A DNA stretch of 37,287 nt from IMG/VR virus record IMGVR_UViG_3300037313_000669, positions 1-37,287 of that record; one strand, written 5' to 3'. Of this stretch, positions 33,758 to 37,287 are shown piece after piece. The stretch is from a virus. Its lineage: Duplodnaviria > Caudoviricetes. The notes below the pieces were generated by a model that was not told the origin of the DNA, did not search any database, and worked only from the letters and a program-made list of their open reading frames with translations. How positions within the stretch are numbered: position 1 is the stretch's first letter; every line of letters begins with the position of its first letter. A program made the position numbers and the translations under genes.

Positions 33758-34540
33758 TCAGTCGGTGATCGTCGTGTCCTTGACCGCGGCCGCCTGCGCT
33801 GCCGGGTCGAGTGCCTGGAACTGGGCTCGAGTCATCGACTTCTTCCCGCCAGCACCGCCAGAACTTCCATTGGCCCCGCCACCGGACGCGCCCGAGCCCC
33901 GAAGGATCATTTCCTTGTTGGGGTAGGCGTTCACCATGACGGAGATGGCTTCCTCGAAATCGGCATGCTCGCCATGGCGCGTCGCGGAGAAGATCGGATT
34001 GCCAACCGGGTCCATGGGGACCAGCTTGCCGTTTTCGACCTTGAAGCGATCGCCGAAGACCTTCTGCGCGATGTCCGCCGGAATGGCGAGCTTCTCGCTG
34101 ATGAACTTCGAGCTGGCGAAACTTCCGCCGACAATGTGACTATTCAACTGGTTGGTCAGCGTCGCGTTCTGCTCGGAAAGAGCTTTCTCGCGCGCCTCCG
34201 CAGCACGGGTCGCATCCGCAACCGCCTGCTTGGCCGACGCCGCAGCCGCGTCCTTGATTTCCTGGACCTTGCCGGCAGCAACCAGTTCGCCGTCCTTGAT
34301 GTTCTTGACGGTCTCCAGCGCCTTGCGGGCAGCCTCAGCATCGTCAATGCCCTCAAAGGCTTTGAGCCTGGTCTCCGCCGCCTCCTTCGCCTCGCGATGA
34401 GACTTGGCTTCACCGTTCAGCCGCGAGATGGTCGCCACAGTCGCCGCAGCGTCGTGGGCCACCTCCCGGCCGTCGTCCAGAACATAGACGGGCTTGCCGT
34501 CCTGAACCACCACATTGCCGTTTTCGAGTTTGAGTTTCAT
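33758..34540 (-). CDS. capsid scaffolding protein (DUF6651-like)
   Basis: MKLKL...VVQDGKPVYV..DG.E...ISRLNGEAK.HRE...A.F.EA...SG.G. Confidence 0.85.
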   Translation of the reverse strand: MKLKLENGNVVVQDGKPVYVLDDGREVAHDAAATVATISRLNGEAKSHREAKEAAETRLKAFEGIDDAEAARKALETVKNIKDGELVAAGKVQEIKDAAAASAKQAVADATRAAEAREKALSEQNATLTNQLNSHIVGGSFASSKFISEKLAIPADIAQKVFGDRFKVENGKLVPMDPVGNPIFSATRHGEHADFEEAISVMVNAYPNKEMILRGSGASGGGANGSSGGAGGKKSMTRAQFQALDPAAQAAAVKDTTITD

Positions 34541-34630
34541 GGGATTTGCTGTTTCCTCGGGTCATCCGACCCTCAGTGCGGGAGCGGCATCCGCCGCGGT
34601 GCGCCCTACTCCGCTTCCACGTTTCAGGCA

Positions 34631-34666
34631 TGAAAAAGCCGCCCTGCGGTTGCCCGAGGCGGCTTG
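34631..34666 (-). terminator. intrinsic terminator-like hairpin
   Basis: AAGCCGCC...GGCGGC-TTTTT on the minus strand. Confidence 0.7.
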
Positions 34667-34691
34667 TCTTGGGCGGCCTGTCGGCCAGTGT

Positions 34692-34952
34692 TCAGGTAGC
34701 GAGCTTCACGCCCGGTTGCATCGGAACGATGACGCCTCGCTTGTAGCAGTCCGCGCAGACGTCGGTATCGATCTTGGTTCCGTGCTGGCGCCGGCCGTCT
34801 TTGACGAGGACGCCGTTTTCGGTATTCAGCACCGTGCGCCCGCCGCAGCGGTTGCACTGCAGGATGCCGTCAGGCTTGGGCATCGCCCGCACGCGTGCGC
34901 GCGAGCGCTCGTTCGCATCAGGCCGGGAAGGTGGGACCAGTTCAAGCGGCAC
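34692..34952 (-). CDS. small zinc-ribbon protein
   Basis: LQCNRCGGR...CADC; GTG start just after the minor head stop (start uncertain). Confidence 0.6.
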   Translation of the reverse strand: MPLELVPPSRPDANERSRARVRAMPKPDGILQCNRCGGRTVLNTENGVLVKDGRRQHGTKIDTDVCADCYKRGVIVPMQPGVKLAT

Positions 34953-34959
34953 AGCGCCA

Positions 34960-36078
34960 CTATACGCCGGCTCGGGTGAATGCCCTCGCGTCTCGCTGGC
35001 GTAGCTCATCAACGGTAAGGTAGGACCCTCGGTTGTTGTAGAACGAATCCAGCTCCAGGCCGCCGTCGCGAAACAGCTTGCCACGAGTGGGACCGAGAAT
35101 CTCATCCTGCCTGGCCGCACTCTGCTTGCGCAGCCACTGGGCGTACGTCATCTCCTCTGGCACCTCGCCATCCATGCTCGCGCGCGTGCTGGGGCTGAAT
35201 TCCTCGATGTCGACGCCCGTGAGCTGCTTCCAACTCTTCGTCACTGGCGTGCTGGTGGACCTGCAGCACCAGTGCAGCGCACCGGGTCCGGCCCCCCAGG
35301 GGATGGCGTGTCCGATCGGCTTGTGCGTGTCCTGTGTGTACTGCTTGCCATCGCGGATCCTGCACATCGGGGTTGTGCGGTTGTCCAGGGTGCTGACCCA
35401 CTGAAGCGCCGCGATGACCTTTGAATTGGCCTCGTAGAACCGATCACGCGTGAAGGCCGCCGTATGGCTGATGGCCGTCCTGACCACAGCTTCCGTTTCC
35501 GTGCGGCTGCGGTTGAAGATGCCGTCTTCGTAGCGCAGCGCCCTCGTGCCGCGCAGTTTCCGCACAATGGTGCCGGTCGGCTCGCCGGAAACGTAACCCT
35601 GCGCGATCGTCTCGCGGATGCGCTTCGCGCGCGTGGCCTCCAAGTCGGCGAGAACGCCGCGCAGCAGCACACCCTGAAAGGGCCTTGCCATCGCCGCGGC
35701 GTACACCTGCTCGATGTTGATCGGCGCAATGCCGACCTGCGCAACCACTTCCCCGGGCAGCGCATGGCGCATCAGCCCGGTCTGGAAATCCGCCTCGTAC
35801 ACCGTCAGGTCGTGCAGGTCAGCGGTGAGCTCGCGCTGCACGGCTTCGTAGGCTTGCCGGTTCACCGCCCGCACCGAGTAAAGCAGGCCTTCGAGGTGAT
35901 CGACAGTGAAGGAATCGGCCGGCAGGCGCTCCAGTGCAGCTATCAGGTCCGCGAAGAGTTGCGCATCCGTGCGGTTCAGGACCGCGATGATGCGGTGAAC
36001 GACTCCGTTCGAATAGTGCTGCAGGTCGACCGCGTGGTTGATCGCGGCGTCGTGCAGCGCCTCATTGACCGTTGGCAC
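34960..36078 (-). CDS. minor head morphogenesis protein (SPP1 gp7 / Mu F-like)
   Basis: VVRTAISH...WVSTLDNRTT..C..RDG...HWCCRS...RASMDG.VP...TY..WL. Confidence 0.92.
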   Translation of the reverse strand: MPTVNEALHDAAINHAVDLQHYSNGVVHRIIAVLNRTDAQLFADLIAALERLPADSFTVDHLEGLLYSVRAVNRQAYEAVQRELTADLHDLTVYEADFQTGLMRHALPGEVVAQVGIAPINIEQVYAAAMARPFQGVLLRGVLADLEATRAKRIRETIAQGYVSGEPTGTIVRKLRGTRALRYEDGIFNRSRTETEAVVRTAISHTAAFTRDRFYEANSKVIAALQWVSTLDNRTTPMCRIRDGKQYTQDTHKPIGHAIPWGAGPGALHWCCRSTSTPVTKSWKQLTGVDIEEFSPSTRASMDGEVPEEMTYAQWLRKQSAARQDEILGPTRGKLFRDGGLELDSFYNNRGSYLTVDELRQRDARAFTRAGV

Positions 36079-37287
36079 CGGGGCCTCCGACCGGCGGCTC
36101 GTTCATCGTGCCCAGCGCCGGGCCTTCGGCCTCGATCTTGGCCTGCTCTTCTTCGAACGGGACGCCCTGCTGGGCGATCTCGCCGCGCTGCAGGTTGTCG
36201 TACAGCGTCTCGTGGCTGATCGCGCCAGCCTGCCACGACTGCACCAGCGCCAGCAGCTCCTGCGCCGAAAGGCCAGTGGGCAGATAGTCGGTGTTCAGTT
36301 CGACCTTGGCTTCTTCCTGCACGCCCCCCCACTGCGCACACCAGTTCAGCGCTCTGCTGATCGCCTGGCTCGCACCGATGGCAAGGGAGGCGAGCACGCC
36401 GTTTTCGCCCGAGCGGTGAATGGCCGCCGTCTCCGCAGCTTCCGCCGTGCGCTTCTGTGCTCCCAGCAGGCGCGCACCGAGCGCGGCCATCATCTCTTCT
36501 TTCTTCTCCAGGCGCTTTTCCAGTCCGCCGAGGCCCGCCCCGGTGAACTCCATGAAGTACGCCTTGGCCTGCGTATTCTCGAAGGCCTTTACGATCGAGC
36601 TACCCAGCGCGAACGTCTCGCCCGTATCGAAAGTGTGCCCCGTCACAACGGGCGTCGGCAGGCCGGTGAAGTGCAGGCCGTGCTCGAGGTCGGCTGTCGT
36701 GCGGTAGTGCGACAGGTTGACATCCGCCAAGTCCAAGATCGGCGGCTTGGCCACACACACATCCATGCCCATGGGGCCGCAGATCAGGAACGGGATGAAA
36801 TCCATGGGCTTGCCACCCAGCATCGGAAAGACGGGGTAGCCCTCGACCATCTCGAATTCATCCGCCGCGCCGACCGTAGCGCCTTGCTTTTTCTGCCAAA
36901 GCTCCTGCGAATACACGCGATTGACCAGCCGCAGCACCCGCCACTGCTGCACGCGCTGGCTGGTGTATTCGTCTTTCGCCACCTCGGCCTGCTCGAGCAG
37001 TACCACCATCGTGAGCATTGAGCGATTGCCCATGCGCTCAACCTTCCAGTTGATGATGCTTTCTGCGCAGTAGGTCTTGATGTACGGTCGCGCGCCCACG
37101 GCCCGTTCCTCAGCCAGCGTGCGCACGTTGGGCATCGGCGGGAAGTCCACCAGCAGCCCGACGCGCCCCACTTGGAGCAGCTCGTCGACCACCTTCTCAC
37201 AGAAAGCGGTCAACGGCGTGTCCGCGGTGTCGACGTCCTGCTCGAGGTAGTCCGTCGCGGCAGGTACTTCAATCGAAGGCGGCCGGC
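36062..37287 (-). CDS. portal protein (DUF4055-like), 5' part outside window
   Basis: GRVGLLVD.P, RPY...Y.AESIINW, IPF, KPPILDLA..NL.HYR..AD.EH.LH..GLP. Confidence 0.88.
   Translation of the reverse strand, partial: RPPSIEVPAATDYLEQDVDTADTPLTAFCEKVVDELLQVGRVGLLVDFPPMPNVRTLAEERAVGARPYIKTYCAESIINWKVERMGNRSMLTMVVLLEQAEVAKDEYTSQRVQQWRVLRLVNRVYSQELWQKKQGATVGAADEFEMVEGYPVFPMLGGKPMDFIPFLICGPMGMDVCVAKPPILDLADVNLSHYRTTADLEHGLHFTGLPTPVVTGHTFDTGETFALGSSIVKAFENTQAKAYFMEFTGAGLGGLEKRLEKKEEMMAALGARLLGAQKRTAEAAETAAIHRSGENGVLASLAIGASQAISRALNWCAQWGGVQEEAKVELNTDYLPTGLSAQELLALVQSWQAGAISHETLYDNLQRGEIAQQGVPFEEEQAKIEAEGPALGTMNEPPVGGPGANGQ

Noticed and set aside
32380-34633. + strand ORFs of 453 and 325 aa
   Set aside because: Antisense to the capsid and scaffold genes

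Overview
The whole window is DNA of a GC-rich temperate, long-tailed (siphovirus-type) phage; a betaproteobacterial host is inferred, not shown. Left arm (+ strand, 1-3669): the end of an early operon (HNH, Lar-like, DUF4326-like, excisionase, tyrosine integrase). Next comes an attP-like site (3671-3900): the 3' 48 nt of tRNA-Lys(UUU), TTGCGGAACA arm-type repeats and an IHF box. A small + strand moron follows, ending in a ligase with only the adenylation domain. The rest is a long - strand late operon: portal (partial), minor head, scaffold, P22-type capsid, head-tail and tail genes with a -1 frameshift chaperone, tape measure, GTA-like tail tip, fibre module, lysis cassette and a distal metallophosphoesterase/endonuclease VII/DUF6378-like cluster. 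An antisense lipoprotein + acyltransferase-3 moron interrupts it. Three observations stand out. (1) A ~253-nt tRNA-scaffold-like, pseudoknotted candidate ncRNA at 5031-5283. (2) An endonuclease VII cassette that appears to have inserted into a DUF6378-like gene and carries a synonymously recoded replacement 5' end. (3) A baseplate hub protein fused to two tandem glycoside hydrolase domains (clan GH-A and GH8). All family names come from motif recognition by eye, not from database searches.
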